Source: Deltaproteobacteria bacterium
GTDB lineage: Bacteria > Desulfobacterota > DSM-4660 > Desulfatiglandales > HGW-15
NCBI GenBank assembly: GCA_019313825.1
Contig: JAFDAM010000002.1
Location: 265 to 64,264, forward strand
Direction: 5' to 3'
Length of the DNA: 64,000 nucleotides
Below, piece after piece: positions 48,237 to 58,891 of this stretch. A model generated the notes under the pieces. That model was not told where the DNA came from. It ran no database searches and worked only from the letters and a program-made list of their open reading frames with translations. Numbering within the stretch: position 1 is the first letter of the stretch; every line of letters begins with the position of its first letter. The translations under genes and the position numbers were made by a program.

Positions 48237-48728
48237 ATGTTTAAGAAAGGTGATTTGGCCGTTTATCCGGCACATGGTGTGGGAGTTATTGAAACGATAG
48301 AGAGTCAGGAGATATCTGGTTGCCGGCAGGATTTTTATATCATAAGAATTCTTGACAATAACATGAAGATCATGGTCCCTACCCAGAATGTCGACAGTGT
48401 GGGTTTGAGAGAGATAATTGGGCAAAGTGAGGTCCCAAAACTCTACTCCATCCTAAAGAAAAGGGATGTTGTCATTGACAATCAGACATGGAACAGACGA
48501 TACAGAGAATACATGGATAAGATCAAGACCGGTTCGGTATTTGAGGTAGCTGAAGTCTACCGTGATCTTCTGATATTGAAGGAGGAAAAGGATCTCTCAT
48601 TTGGTGAAAGAAAGATGTTGGATACCGCCAGAAACCTTCTTGTAAAAGAGATATCCTTATCTAAAAAGGTAGATGAGACACAGATAGAGAAAGACCTGGA
48701 TAAGATGTTTCCCCATAACTCAATATAG
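48237..48728 (+). CDS. carD: CarD/CdnL-family RNA-polymerase-binding regulator
   Basis: 163 aa. FKKGDLAVYPAHGVGVIETIE...FYIIRI...MVP. Confidence 0.9.
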   Translation: MFKKGDLAVYPAHGVGVIETIESQEISGCRQDFYIIRILDNNMKIMVPTQNVDSVGLREIIGQSEVPKLYSILKKRDVVIDNQTWNRRYREYMDKIKTGSVFEVAEVYRDLLILKEEKDLSFGERKMLDTARNLLVKEISLSKKVDETQIEKDLDKMFPHNSI

Positions 48729-48737
48729 ACTCTTATC

Positions 48738-49736
48738 GTGGATCATGATTTAGATAGGACCACTTTTTATTCAATTACAGATGAGGATAGAGATCAACGG
48801 ATCGATTCATTTCTCGCCTCCCGTGTGAAGGACCTGACTCGGTCCAGGGTTCAGGGACTTATAAAGGACGGATTTGTAAGTGTAAATGATTGCCTTCCCA
48901 AATCAAGCTACAGGTTAAAGATTGGAGATCATGTAGGCATTTTCATCCCTCCTGTTACTCCATACCACCTGGAACCTGAGCCGGTAGAATTCTCCGTTGT
49001 ACATGAAGATTCGTCGCTTATTATCCTGAATAAACCGCCCGGGGTGGTCATTCATCCTGCACCTGGGCACCCTCATGGAACCCTGGTCCATGGTCTTCTT
49101 CAACACTGTAGAGATCTTTCCGGTATTGGCGGAGTACTGAGACCCGGCATTGTCCATAGATTGGATAAAGACACTTCAGGGCTCATGGTGGTGGCTAAAA
49201 ACGACCGGGTTCATGGCGCCCTGGCAGAACAGTTTCAGAAAAGAACAGTAAAGAAGAGATACATGGCCCTTGTTCATGGGGCAATAAGCGGCGAGAAAGG
49301 CAAGATCGATCTTCCAATTGGCCGTCATCCAAAGAGAAGAAAGGAGATGGCGGTGCTGCCGTCAAGCGGTAAGAGGGCATTGACTCTCTGGCAGAAGAGG
49401 GAAGGGATAGGGAGCAGTTTTTCATTATTGGCCGTTACCCTGAAGACCGGGAGGACACATCAGATCAGGGTCCATCTTTCACATGTGGGTCACCCCATTG
49501 TGGGAGACACGGTCTATGGTCATAGAAAGAGCTGGTGGAAGAAGCGCTTCCCATCGGTAATTGATGCCACGTCCCAGATCAACAGGCAGATGCTCCATGC
49601 CGAGACATTGGGGTTTATCCATCCTGATTTGGAAGGTTATTGTGAATTTTCAGCACCCATACCGGATGATATGATCAATGTCATAAAGGTCCTGAATCAA
49701 ATATGTCTTCAGGATAAAAAAGATAATAATCCTTGA
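48738..49736 (+). CDS. rluD: RluA/RluD-family 23S rRNA pseudouridine synthase
   Basis: 332 aa. S4 domain (RIDSFLA...SRSRVQGLIKDG), HRLDKDTSGLMVVAK, GRTHQIRVH. GTG start. Confidence 0.9.
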   Translation: MDHDLDRTTFYSITDEDRDQRIDSFLASRVKDLTRSRVQGLIKDGFVSVNDCLPKSSYRLKIGDHVGIFIPPVTPYHLEPEPVEFSVVHEDSSLIILNKPPGVVIHPAPGHPHGTLVHGLLQHCRDLSGIGGVLRPGIVHRLDKDTSGLMVVAKNDRVHGALAEQFQKRTVKKRYMALVHGAISGEKGKIDLPIGRHPKRRKEMAVLPSSGKRALTLWQKREGIGSSFSLLAVTLKTGRTHQIRVHLSHVGHPIVGDTVYGHRKSWWKKRFPSVIDATSQINRQMLHAETLGFIHPDLEGYCEFSAPIPDDMINVIKVLNQICLQDKKDNNP

Positions 49737-50120
49737 CATATGGGGCTTTTATATATATAAAAATAGAAAAAATTTCCTGCCTTTAGGAGGATTCGGTATA
49801 GACCGGATGTCATAATAAACTTCACGGGTAATCTGCTGTACTATCTTATTTAACTCACATAAAAGGATTCCTTGATTTGGTCTGATAGTCTTCTTGCATG
49901 GTATAGCCGAAGTTTTACAATCTATTGAGATCCTGAGTAATAATATGGATCTGCCTGTCGATTAGTCAAACGGATTGCGGGAACCCTGATCCACCATCAG
50001 GGCATCATCTGTCCCGCTTCTATCGGGATTGCCTTCGATGGCTCCTCCCTGCGGCGTATGTGTAAAATCGCATAGGGCCCGCCACAATGACGGCGGGTAA
50101 ACATAGAGCATGGAGCATAG

Positions 50121-50354
50121 TGTAAAACATAAAGACGCTATGCGCTTTGTGCTTTGCGCGACTGAAAGGAGCTGACGCCTCAGTCGTAGCTCCCCCCGCA
50201 CAAGTCAGCGGGATCTTCGATATGCGCCCCCGCTTTTAAGCGGGATTTCGAGGGCTCAACTTGCAGACATCTAATACCTTGCTGGTGCCCAGGGAAAGAC
50301 CAAAATCCTTTGTCCGCATTGATGATGTGGGAATTAGATGATGGATTTTGGGGG
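50121..50354. repeat. ~215-bp dispersed repeat, copy 2 (with a 14-nt insertion)
   Basis: Same as 47641-47856 plus tttgtgctttgcgc after gacgctatgcgc. An inverted partial copy of its right end sits at 49984-50009. Confidence 0.9.
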
Positions 50355-50658
50355 AATGTTTAAGTATTCCGGCGTTGTGGCGAGATCTTTGTGAGAAATA
50401 CAATTCTACTCAGGTCAGGCCTATATCCGGAGTATTGAACGCCCTCGGAGAGATATGCTTCGCCCCGGTGAAATATGATATGCATTCCATGTGATAAACT
50501 TTTCATAGAGCAGGTATGCTTTGGATCTTTAGAGTCCGTCCGAGTCGGTGACAGAATCGAGATAATCTGTAGATATATCGTACAGGTAGTCCCTATATCC
50601 CGGCACACCCGGCAAGAAAGGCATTAATAGATAAACATAAAAGGATGGAGATTTTACT

Positions 50659-51906
50659 ATGAATCTTGTTGAACTAAAAAAAATGAAGATAAGTGAATTA
50701 ACAGATATGGCCAAGGATTTCGATATTGAGGGGGCAACGGGTATGCCGAAGCAGGAGCTTGTCTTTTCCCTGCTTCAAGCCCAGTCTGAACAGAACGGCA
50801 TCATCTACGGGGAGGGTGTCCTGGAGACATTGCCTGACGGGTTCGGCTTCCTGAGGGCCCCGGACGCAAATTACCTGCCTGGGCCCGATGATATATATAT
50901 CTCTCCTTCTCAGATCCGGCGTTTCAATTTGAGGACAGGGGATACCGTTTCGGGACGGATAAGGCCGCCTAAAGACACAGAGAGGTATTTCGCCCTCTTA
51001 AAAGTAGAGCAAGTCAACCATGAAGACCCTGAGATCTCTCGCGAGAAGATCCTTTTTGACAATCTTACACCCTTGTATCCCGAAAAAATGATATCACTCG
51101 CAACCACATCTGACAATTTGTCGACCCGGATTATGGACCTCTTGACTCCTATAGGGAAGGGACAACGCGGTCTGATCGTCGCCGCTCCGAGGACAGGGAA
51201 GACCATGCTCCTTCAGAATATTGCCAACAGCGTAGCGGCTAACGATAAGGATATCCATAAGATCGTGCTTCTCATAGATGAAAGGCCTGAAGAAGTTACA
51301 GACATGCAGCGTTCTGTTGATGCCGAAGTAATCAGTTCAACCTTTGATGAGCCGTTACAGCGACACGTCCAGGTAGCTGAGATGGTTATTCAAAAGGCAA
51401 AAAGACTGGTCGAGCACAAACGTGATGTCTTTATCCTCCTGGATAGTATCACAAGACTTGCCCGTGCCTATAATGCAACCGTACCGCCCAGCGGCAAGAT
51501 CCTTTCCGGCGGTCTCGACTCCAACGCACTGTATAAACCAAAACGCTTTTTTGGAGCAGCGAGAAATATTGAGGAAGGTGGAAGCCTTACCATTATCGCA
51601 ACCGCACTGGTTGAAACAGGGAGCAGGATGGATGAAGTGATATTTGAAGAGTTCAAAGGAACTGGAAACATGGAGATTCATCTGGACAGAAAGCTGACAG
51701 ACAGAAGGGTCTTCCCCTCCATAGATATCAACCGTTCAGGGACAAGGAAAGAGGAGCTCCTCATAGACGAGGCGGATCTTCATCGCATCTGGATACTCCG
51801 TAAGCTCCTGGCCCCATTGACCCCGGTGGATAGTATGGAATTTTTACTGGACAAAATCAAAGCAACAAAGAATAATAAACAATTTTTAGAGTCTATGAGT
51901 CAATAG
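50659..51906 (+). CDS. rho: Transcription termination factor Rho
   Basis: 415 aa. [28 protein letters not shown]. Confidence 0.96.
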   Translation: MNLVELKKMKISELTDMAKDFDIEGATGMPKQELVFSLLQAQSEQNGIIYGEGVLETLPDGFGFLRAPDANYLPGPDDIYISPSQIRRFNLRTGDTVSGRIRPPKDTERYFALLKVEQVNHEDPEISREKILFDNLTPLYPEKMISLATTSDNLSTRIMDLLTPIGKGQRGLIVAAPRTGKTMLLQNIANSVAANDKDIHKIVLLIDERPEEVTDMQRSVDAEVISSTFDEPLQRHVQVAEMVIQKAKRLVEHKRDVFILLDSITRLARAYNATVPPSGKILSGGLDSNALYKPKRFFGAARNIEEGGSLTIIATALVETGSRMDEVIFEEFKGTGNMEIHLDRKLTDRRVFPSIDINRSGTRKEELLIDEADLHRIWILRKLLAPLTPVDSMEFLLDKIKATKNNKQFLESMSQ

Positions 51907-51918
51907 AGAGAGGAAAAA

Positions 51919-52164
51919 ATGAAAGAAGGAATTCATCCGGAGTACCATAAGGCGCTTGTACATTGTGCATGCGGTCACGAATTTGAGATAGGATCCACAC
52001 AAAAAGAGATCAAGGTCGAAATCTGTTCCAATTGCCATCCCTTTTATACAGGGAAACAGAAATTGGTTGACACGGCCGGGCGGGTGGAACGATTCAAGAG
52101 TAAGTACGCCAAATTCAATAAGGATAAGCCCTCAAAGGATTCGGGTAAAGGAGGTAAGGCTTAA
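51919..52164 (+). CDS. rpmE: 50S ribosomal protein L31 (zinc-binding type A) with a C-terminal extension
   Basis: MKEGIHPEY...CACGHEF...[13 protein letters not shown]. Confidence 0.93.
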   Translation: MKEGIHPEYHKALVHCACGHEFEIGSTQKEIKVEICSNCHPFYTGKQKLVDTAGRVERFKSKYAKFNKDKPSKDSGKGGKA

Positions 52165-52205
52165 GGATTATTTCCCTGAGCCTTGACAAAGATCTCTTAT
52201 TAAGA

Positions 52206-52370
52206 TTGACGGCTTCGTGAAAAGTCCATCTGTCCCGCCTTGCGGGAAGGCGCTTCATCTTTAGTCACTCCAACATACTATTAAGTACGCCTCATTCCTA
52301 AAGATTTGCGCGCCTTGCATCTGGAGCTTTTTACTGTGCCGTCTAAATTAATACTTTTTACAAGGCTATC
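52206..52370. repeat. TIR-bounded dispersed repeat, copy 1
   Basis: attgacggcttcgtgaaaagtcc ... gcctcattcctaaagatttgcgcgccttgcatctggagctttttactgtgccgtc ... actttttacaaggc; collinear with 58577-58785. Confidence 0.8.
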
Positions 52371-52851
52371 AAGATTGATGCGCAATCTTAGATAATTTTC
52401 TGTTTCGCTTAATAACCGAAGGAGTTTATCCTCAAGAGTTTCAAATGGTTCACTCCCGTGGGTAACTCCCGCCTTGTCTGAGCCGGCCCGGCATGCCCTC
52501 GGCTTTCCGATGGAGGGCGGGCGAAGCTCCGCGGGCAGGTAGTGGACAGGCCCAAACTCCCTATGATATCCACTTGGCCAAAGGTCTGTAGGCGAGTGAA
52601 CTTGCGGGCAATAGGCTCCAGTGGATGCCATTCCTCGTTGGAGATATTCTTTTCCGCCTTTCGCATCGCTTATTTGCCGGCATTGTGCCCGTCTTAGCTA
52701 TACTACTCAGGAATTATGGCTTTATCGGCAATAAAGTTGGGTCCTTCTCCCGTCAAATAAGGAGGGAATCTTCGATGGGCGTGGATTTTCTGTTATTCAA
52801 CCTGTCATATGGACAGGCTGTCTAAATGTTTTTTAAGAAGGTTAGTATAAT

Positions 52852-53916
52852 ATGTTTGAAAAAATAAAGGAGATAGAAGTCCATTTTGAGCAGTTGGAAA
52901 GAGACCTGTCCCGTCCCGAGGTTATCCAGGACCAGAAGACCTATCAGAGATACTCGAAAGAGCATAGCCTCTTATCCCCTATTATCAATACGTTTCGTGA
53001 GTGTAATTCCGTTCAGGAAGAGATAGAAAACAACAGGCCTTTGCTGGAGGATCCGGATCAGGAGATCAGAAGGCTTGCCCGGGAAGAGATAGATTCACTT
53101 GAGTCTGATCTTTCCAAACTTGAAAAGGATCTCAAACTACTTCTCCTGCCCAAGGACCCCAATGATGAAAAAAACATCATCCTTGAGATAAGGGCCGGCA
53201 CGGGCGGCGAAGAGGCTGCCCTTTTTGCGGCGGATCTATTCCGTGTGTATATTAAATACGCGGAATTAATGAGATGGAAGACAGAGATACTGAGCCGGAA
53301 CATTACTGGGATGGGCGGATTCAAGGAGATCATCATACTCATAGAGGGTCAAAACGTATATAGCCGTCTCAAGCACGAAAGCGGTGTTCACCGTGTCCAG
53401 CGCGTCCCTGAGACAGAGGCCCAGGGCCGTATACATACCTCCGCTGTTACTGTTGCAGTGCTGCCCGAGGCCGAGGAGGTGGATGTGAAAATAAATTCCG
53501 ATGATCTCCGTATCGATACCTTCCGTTCCTCCGGGCATGGCGGGCAACACGTGAATGTAACGGATTCCGCCGTTCGTATTACCCATCTCCCAACAGGGCT
53601 TGTGGTCAGTTGTCAGGATGAGAAATCCCAACATAAGAACAAGGCCAAGGCCATGAAGGTCCTGAGATCCAGGTTGCTGGACATTCAACAGGCCGAGCAG
53701 CATTCAAAGATCTCTGAAGAGCGCAAAAACATGGTTGGGTCAGGGGATAGAAGCGAGAGGATAAGGACATATAATTTTCCCCAGGGGAGGGTCACGGAAC
53801 ACAGGATCGGATTGACCCTTTACAAACTGGAGGCTATTCTACAGGGCCAGCTTGATATGATCCTTGATCCCTTGATTACATATTTTCAGGCAGAGGCGCT
53901 TAAAGGGGAATCGTGA
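52852..53916 (+). CDS. prfA: Peptide chain release factor 1
   Basis: 354 aa. PxT-type region RVPETE, GGQ motif [10 protein letters not shown]. Confidence 0.96.
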   Translation: MFEKIKEIEVHFEQLERDLSRPEVIQDQKTYQRYSKEHSLLSPIINTFRECNSVQEEIENNRPLLEDPDQEIRRLAREEIDSLESDLSKLEKDLKLLLLPKDPNDEKNIILEIRAGTGGEEAALFAADLFRVYIKYAELMRWKTEILSRNITGMGGFKEIIILIEGQNVYSRLKHESGVHRVQRVPETEAQGRIHTSAVTVAVLPEAEEVDVKINSDDLRIDTFRSSGHGGQHVNVTDSAVRITHLPTGLVVSCQDEKSQHKNKAKAMKVLRSRLLDIQQAEQHSKISEERKNMVGSGDRSERIRTYNFPQGRVTEHRIGLTLYKLEAILQGQLDMILDPLITYFQAEALKGES

Positions 53917-54806
53917 GTCCAAGAAGATGGACCATAAAAGAGCTTTTAGAGGTCACAGCCGATTATTTGGAAAAGAAAGAGATAGACCGCCCCCGACTGT
54001 GCGCCGAGATCCTCCTGTGCCACCAGTTAAAGATCAACAGAGTAAAGCTCTACCTCGCCTTTGATCAGCCACTCAACGAAAGAGAGGTCAGCGGTTACCG
54101 CTCCCTGATAAAAAGACGCCTTAATAGAGAGCCCATTCAGCACATAACCGGGGTCCAGGAATTCTGGTCAATGGAATTCATAGTCGGTCCGCAGGTCTTG
54201 ATCCCGAGACCTGAGAGTGAACTGCTGGTAGAGCAGGTGATATCGCTATACAAGGCAGGAGGACAAACGGAAGAATCCGGTCCCACTGTCCTGGATCTCG
54301 GAACAGGTAGCGGCGCCCTTGCTGTTTCACTCGCGCGAGAGCTTGGAGGCGCATCCCTATGGGCAAGCGATATATCCCCGGACGCCCTGGATATTGCCGG
54401 AAAAAATGTAAAAAGGCATGGCGTGGAGGACAGAATTCAGTTCATCCATGGGGACCTCTGGCAACCATTTAAGGAAAAGACCTTCACATTCGACTTCATC
54501 ATATCCAATCCCCCATATATAGCAATAGAGGACTATGACTCACTCCCCCCTGAAGTGCGGGACTATGAACCAAGACTGGCGCTTGATGGTCATAATCAGG
54601 GCATGTTCTATATCGAGAAGATAATTATGGAGGGAGCGGATTACCTGAATCCGGGCGGATGGTTACTAATAGAGATGGATCCGGTACAGACATCAAAGGC
54701 CCTTGAGCTTATGGAACAGGGCAACTGTTATGGTGAAAAGAGGCGTATCAGGGACTATAGCCGTAATTACAGGGTTGTCATGTCTCAAAAAGCTGTGGTA
54801 TCTTAA
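53913..54806 (+). CDS. prmC: Release factor glutamine N5-methyltransferase PrmC (HemK)
   Basis: 297 aa. [17 protein letters not shown]. 4-nt overlap with prfA. Confidence 0.92.
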   Translation: MSPRRWTIKELLEVTADYLEKKEIDRPRLCAEILLCHQLKINRVKLYLAFDQPLNEREVSGYRSLIKRRLNREPIQHITGVQEFWSMEFIVGPQVLIPRPESELLVEQVISLYKAGGQTEESGPTVLDLGTGSGALAVSLARELGGASLWASDISPDALDIAGKNVKRHGVEDRIQFIHGDLWQPFKEKTFTFDFIISNPPYIAIEDYDSLPPEVRDYEPRLALDGHNQGMFYIEKIIMEGADYLNPGGWLLIEMDPVQTSKALELMEQGNCYGEKRRIRDYSRNYRVVMSQKAVVS

Positions 54807-54852
54807 ATCTGAAAAGATTACACTCTGTACAATAAAGCGAAGGAGATGACTT

Positions 54853-55077
54853 ATGCAGATAGATGCAATTATCGCAAATATTATCTACTCCCTGATTGGC
54901 GGATTCCTGACACTGTTTTTCATGTATATCGGATACAAACTATTCGACAAAACAACCCACTTTGATACATCGGAGGAATTGGCCAAGGACAACAGGGCCG
55001 TCGGGATGGTTGTGCTGGGAATATTCGTCGGGGTTGGCATTGCCATAGGGCTGGTTATAGGGTTAGGATTAAATTAA
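54853..55077 (+). CDS. DUF350-family small membrane protein
   Basis: 74 aa. Two hydrophobic helices around EELAKDNRAVG. Confidence 0.65.
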   Translation: MQIDAIIANIIYSLIGGFLTLFFMYIGYKLFDKTTHFDTSEELAKDNRAVGMVVLGIFVGVGIAIGLVIGLGLN

Positions 55078-55109
55078 TTATATCCTTTTAAAAACATTTT
55101 GGACGTTTT

Positions 55110-55715
55110 ATGCGTATTATATCAAAATCAGTCTATGTCCTATCCCTCCTGTTATTCCTTGGGCTTCTTTTGATGATAAAACCTATAGCATCTGCGGAAG
55201 AGTTCCCAAAAGTTCACTCAAAACACTGGACTGCAAAGTACGACCGCTATTTCAGAAAATATACAAAGCGATATTTCGGGCCGGGTTTTGATTGGAAATG
55301 GTTTAAGGCCCAGGCCATTGCCGAATCCAACCTGAACAACAATGCAAGGAGCTGGGTGAACGCAAAAGGTATAATGCAGATTATGCCCAGGACCTTTAAT
55401 GAGATTAAAAAAAAGAACCCATCTTTTATTGATATCGATGAACCCCGCTGGAATATCGCTGCGGGGATATACTACGACAAGACGATCTACAAGAAGTGGA
55501 TGGCGCCGAGGCCATTCGTGGATCGGATGAGCTTCACATTCGCGGGCTATAATGCCGGCTTTAACAATATTGTGAAGGCTCAGAAAGAGTGTAAGCAGAT
55601 CGGGTTAAATGAGAACCTCTGGCATAATATCCGATCCATTGCACCAAAGGTTCGTGCCTGGAGACATAAAGAGACATTGGGGTATGTGGATAAGATCAAT
55701 AATATGATGGAATAG
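55110..55715 (+). CDS. Lytic transglycosylase (SLT domain) protein
   Basis: 201 aa. Signal-like N-terminus, AQAIAESNLNNNARSWVNAKGIMQIMPRTF, AGYNAG. Confidence 0.82.
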   Translation: MRIISKSVYVLSLLLFLGLLLMIKPIASAEEFPKVHSKHWTAKYDRYFRKYTKRYFGPGFDWKWFKAQAIAESNLNNNARSWVNAKGIMQIMPRTFNEIKKKNPSFIDIDEPRWNIAAGIYYDKTIYKKWMAPRPFVDRMSFTFAGYNAGFNNIVKAQKECKQIGLNENLWHNIRSIAPKVRAWRHKETLGYVDKINNMME

Positions 55716-55804
55716 TACCTTGATTGAAAGGCGCTTGTTATTAGCGCTGAAACATCGGTGTCATTCAAAAGCTGAGGCATTGCTACGTTATAATAAATCC
55801 AGTC

Positions 55805-55915
55805 CAGTAATGTCCGGTTAAGATTTAGCATTAATGACATCTGTATTCTAAAGAGACACCTACGGGCCATCAACTTCCAGACGCCGGCATTGAAAATCCT
55901 AACCGGACATTACTG
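55805..55915. mobile_element. MITE copy 2 (111 bp) with 9-bp target-site duplication
   Basis: Same TIRs and interior as 44075-44186. Flanked by aatccagtc (55796-55804 and 55916-55924). Confidence 0.9.
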
Positions 55916-55925
55916 AATCCAGTCC

Positions 55926-58535
55926 CTATTTATCCTTTAGACGCGAAACAGATTGAAGGTTATTACGCGCTTCAGCATAGTCGGGTTCAATCCGCAGCGC
56001 TTCGGTAAAATGGATAATCGCCTCTTCCAGCCCCCCTTGGTAAGTCAGAACAATTCCCATGTTATTGTGTGCCTGTGCATAGTCAGGCTTGATCTGCAAA
56101 GCCATTTTCAAATGCTCAACAGCCTCTTCTAATCTTCCTTTATAAGAGAGGACGATTCCCAGGTTATTGTGCGCCTCAGCATAGTCGGGTTTTATTCGAA
56201 GGGCGTCGTTAAAATGAGTAATCGCCTCATCAAATTTCTCTTTACGTGATAAAGCGATTCCCAAGTTATTGTGCGCCTCTGCATGATCGGGTTGAATCTT
56301 GAGGACTTCATTTAAATGACTCATTGCCTCATCGAGATGTCCCTGTCTAGACAAGGCGGCTCCCAAATTATTATGGGCTTCCAAGTGATCAGGTTTCATG
56401 CGCAGGGCTTCATTAAAATGCTTGATAGCCTCATCCAGTCTTCCTGTATTGGATAGCGCAACACCCAAATTATTATGGGCCTCCACAAGTTCAGGGTTCA
56501 GACTTATTGCCTTCAAATAATGCCTGATTGCCTCATCGAGCCTCCCTGTCTTAGCCAAAGCCATTCCCATACTGCTGTGCGCCTCAGCATAGTCGGGCTT
56601 GATACATAAAGCCTCCGCATAATATTTGATCGCATCATCTGTCCTGCCCTGTTTCATCAGGGCATATCCCAGATTATAATGTGACTCTTCATTATCAGGT
56701 TTTATATGCAGTGCTTTTTCAAAATAGCCAATTGCCTCAATTGTCTGACCCTGAGCAACCAGTGCCAGACCCAAGTTACAATTAGCCCTCCAATTATCAG
56801 GTCTGATCCGTATGGCCTCCTTATAATGTTCAATAGCTTCTTCAGTCTTGCCCTGCTCCTCAAGCGCCAGGCCCAAGTTATTATGTGTGCTTGAACGATT
56901 TGGGTTGAGCTTAAGTGATATTGTGTAGTGCTCTATGGCTTCGTCGATCTTGTCTTGCGACATCAGTGCAAGCCCCAGGTTATAGTAAGGTCGGGCTTTA
57001 TTAGGCGATTTTGCGACATTGTCTTCCCATAACGAAACAGGATTACTCCACACATTATTTCTATCATAGGTCCAGAAAGAAAATATTAATACCACTGCAC
57101 ATAATACGGTGACTCTAACGCCTGTATGCTTAAGGTATCTAAAGATCAATATAACGGTCATAAAAACCACAAGCATGGACGGCAGATATGTCCTGTGCTC
57201 AAATATTATTGCCAATGGTATGATTGAAGATTCAATGACAAGATTCCCCAAGAACCATAAGATACAAAACGATAGCAAGCGCTCCCTTTTGGCAAGATAA
57301 TATGACAACCCAAGCAATCCAATAATACTCACTAAAGACAGTAGGGTCGTTATAGGATTAATCAATGAATGGGAAAGCGTAAAATCATAATCAAAATTCA
57401 ACCTGGAAGGGTGGGGATAAAAAATAAGCCCCAGGTAATAGATGACCACTCGAAATTGGGTCAAGCCCCTCTCCCAGATTGAGAATTCATTATGGGCATA
57501 ATCCGTAATGGCCATAAACTTCGCCCAGGGATTCATGCCTAAATATAAAAGTCCTAAAAGGCTGAATAAGATAATGATTCCTATAAAGTATTTCAAATAT
57601 CGATATAGCCAATCTCTGCTCAGATTTTGGAAAAAATACCATTCATAGAGGAAAACAAAAAGAGGCAAGGTTGCGGCTGTCTGCTTGCTACCCAAGGCCA
57701 TTATCCAGGAAAGGATGGAACCCGCAAACCATAGATAATGAAACCGGTTTGTGAGCGGTAAATGGACAGATTTTCCCTGACCTATGGATGTTCTTTGCGC
57801 TTTGTGCTTTGATTGCTCTGTTTTACGATTTTTGTTTTGTTCGTCTTGCTTCGCATTTTTTCCTTGGAGAATAATTCTATTTGGACTTTTCATTTCAAGC
57901 TTTGAATGGACACTATTCCTTATCTCATTATGGACAAGCCGCCCTTTCACATATAGGAAAAGGGAGAGGACAAAAAACATAGCAGCCATGCTATTCATCC
58001 TCTGTACAATATAAGTGACCGATTGAATATGAAGGGGGTGCACCAACCATACTAAAGTTGCGGAAAGGGCAATAAATGATGAATTTGAGAATGGTTTGAG
58101 ATCAACGGATTGGAGCTTCTCAGGCGTTTTTGATTTTTCCGCTTTAGCGTCTTGTTTTCCGGTGCATATCGAATCCCATATCTCACCTCTCGCGATACAC
58201 AATGTTAACTTTAATAAGAGATATAAGAAAAAACTTGTGAGGACATGAATGATGATATTGACTACATGATAACCTGCCGGATCATATTTATGAAAATAAT
58301 AGTTTAACGCAAATGTAATGAATGGAAGCGGACGATTATTGGCAGCTTTTTTACCAAACGCTGCTTTCTGAAGACTCTTAAATCCAAGGGCATCTATGCG
58401 AATGCTGGGGTTGTTTAGAATTCTTTTTTCATCATCAAAATAGAATGGCGCCTCAAAAGTATTAGAATAGATTCCAAAACTCAAAATCATAAAAAGCAAT
58501 ATAATCAAAATATTCTTTATTGATAAGATTTTCAT
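55926..58535 (-). CDS. Multi-pass membrane domain (DUF1736/TMTC/PMT-like, GT-C-type) fused to about ten TPR units
   Basis: Start trimmed to MKILSIKNIL (58535). The N-terminal domain has FYFDDEKRILNNPSIR and YHVVNIIIHVLTSFFLYLLL. The C-terminal half has ten consecutive 34-aa units ending in (K/R/E)P(D/N). Confidence 0.65.
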   Translation of the reverse strand: MKILSIKNILIILLFMILSFGIYSNTFEAPFYFDDEKRILNNPSIRIDALGFKSLQKAAFGKKAANNRPLPFITFALNYYFHKYDPAGYHVVNIIIHVLTSFFLYLLLKLTLCIARGEIWDSICTGKQDAKAEKSKTPEKLQSVDLKPFSNSSFIALSATLVWLVHPLHIQSVTYIVQRMNSMAAMFFVLSLFLYVKGRLVHNEIRNSVHSKLEMKSPNRIILQGKNAKQDEQNKNRKTEQSKHKAQRTSIGQGKSVHLPLTNRFHYLWFAGSILSWIMALGSKQTAATLPLFVFLYEWYFFQNLSRDWLYRYLKYFIGIIILFSLLGLLYLGMNPWAKFMAITDYAHNEFSIWERGLTQFRVVIYYLGLIFYPHPSRLNFDYDFTLSHSLINPITTLLSLVSIIGLLGLSYYLAKRERLLSFCILWFLGNLVIESSIIPLAIIFEHRTYLPSMLVVFMTVILIFRYLKHTGVRVTVLCAVVLIFSFWTYDRNNVWSNPVSLWEDNVAKSPNKARPYYNLGLALMSQDKIDEAIEHYTISLKLNPNRSSTHNNLGLALEEQGKTEEAIEHYKEAIRIRPDNWRANCNLGLALVAQGQTIEAIGYFEKALHIKPDNEESHYNLGYALMKQGRTDDAIKYYAEALCIKPDYAEAHSSMGMALAKTGRLDEAIRHYLKAISLNPELVEAHNNLGVALSNTGRLDEAIKHFNEALRMKPDHLEAHNNLGAALSRQGHLDEAMSHLNEVLKIQPDHAEAHNNLGIALSRKEKFDEAITHFNDALRIKPDYAEAHNNLGIVLSYKGRLEEAVEHLKMALQIKPDYAQAHNNMGIVLTYQGGLEEAIIHFTEALRIEPDYAEARNNLQSVSRLKDK

Positions 58536-58576
58536 ATTAATACCATGAAAAAATTTAGAAATAACCTTCTTCAACA

Positions 58577-58785
58577 TTGACGGCTTCGTAAAAAGTTCAT
58601 CTGCTGTGTTGTGCTTCATCTTCGCCCTGTTAAATTCTCGCTTTGCGAGACGGCTGCGCCGATTTAACAGGGTAAATTATTGCAGCGTACCTATAAGTAT
58701 GCCTCATTCCTTAAGATTTGCACGCCTTGCATCTGAAGCTTTTTACTGTGCCGTCTATATTATGACTTTTTACGAGTTCATCAAC
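58577..58785. repeat. TIR-bounded dispersed repeat, copy 2
   Basis: attgacggcttcgtaaaaagttc ... gcctcattccttaagatttgcacgccttgcatctgaagctttttactgtgccgtc ... actttttacgagttcatc. Confidence 0.8.
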
Positions 58786-58891
58786 TTTAAGTTTCCAATA
58801 TCATATAAGGCCAAAATCTAATTTAAGATCTATAAAATGGAAACAAGGGTATTGTCGTTTTCCAAATATGGCAGTATTTCCAGGTTCAAAC

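Noticed and set aside
58536-58619. N-terminal 28 codons of the 897-aa ORF (MKHNTADELFTKPSMLKK...).
   Set aside because: This stretch is encoded by the left end of the dispersed repeat at 58577-58785. A hydrophobic, signal-anchor-like start (MKILSIKNIL) at 58535 is more plausible.
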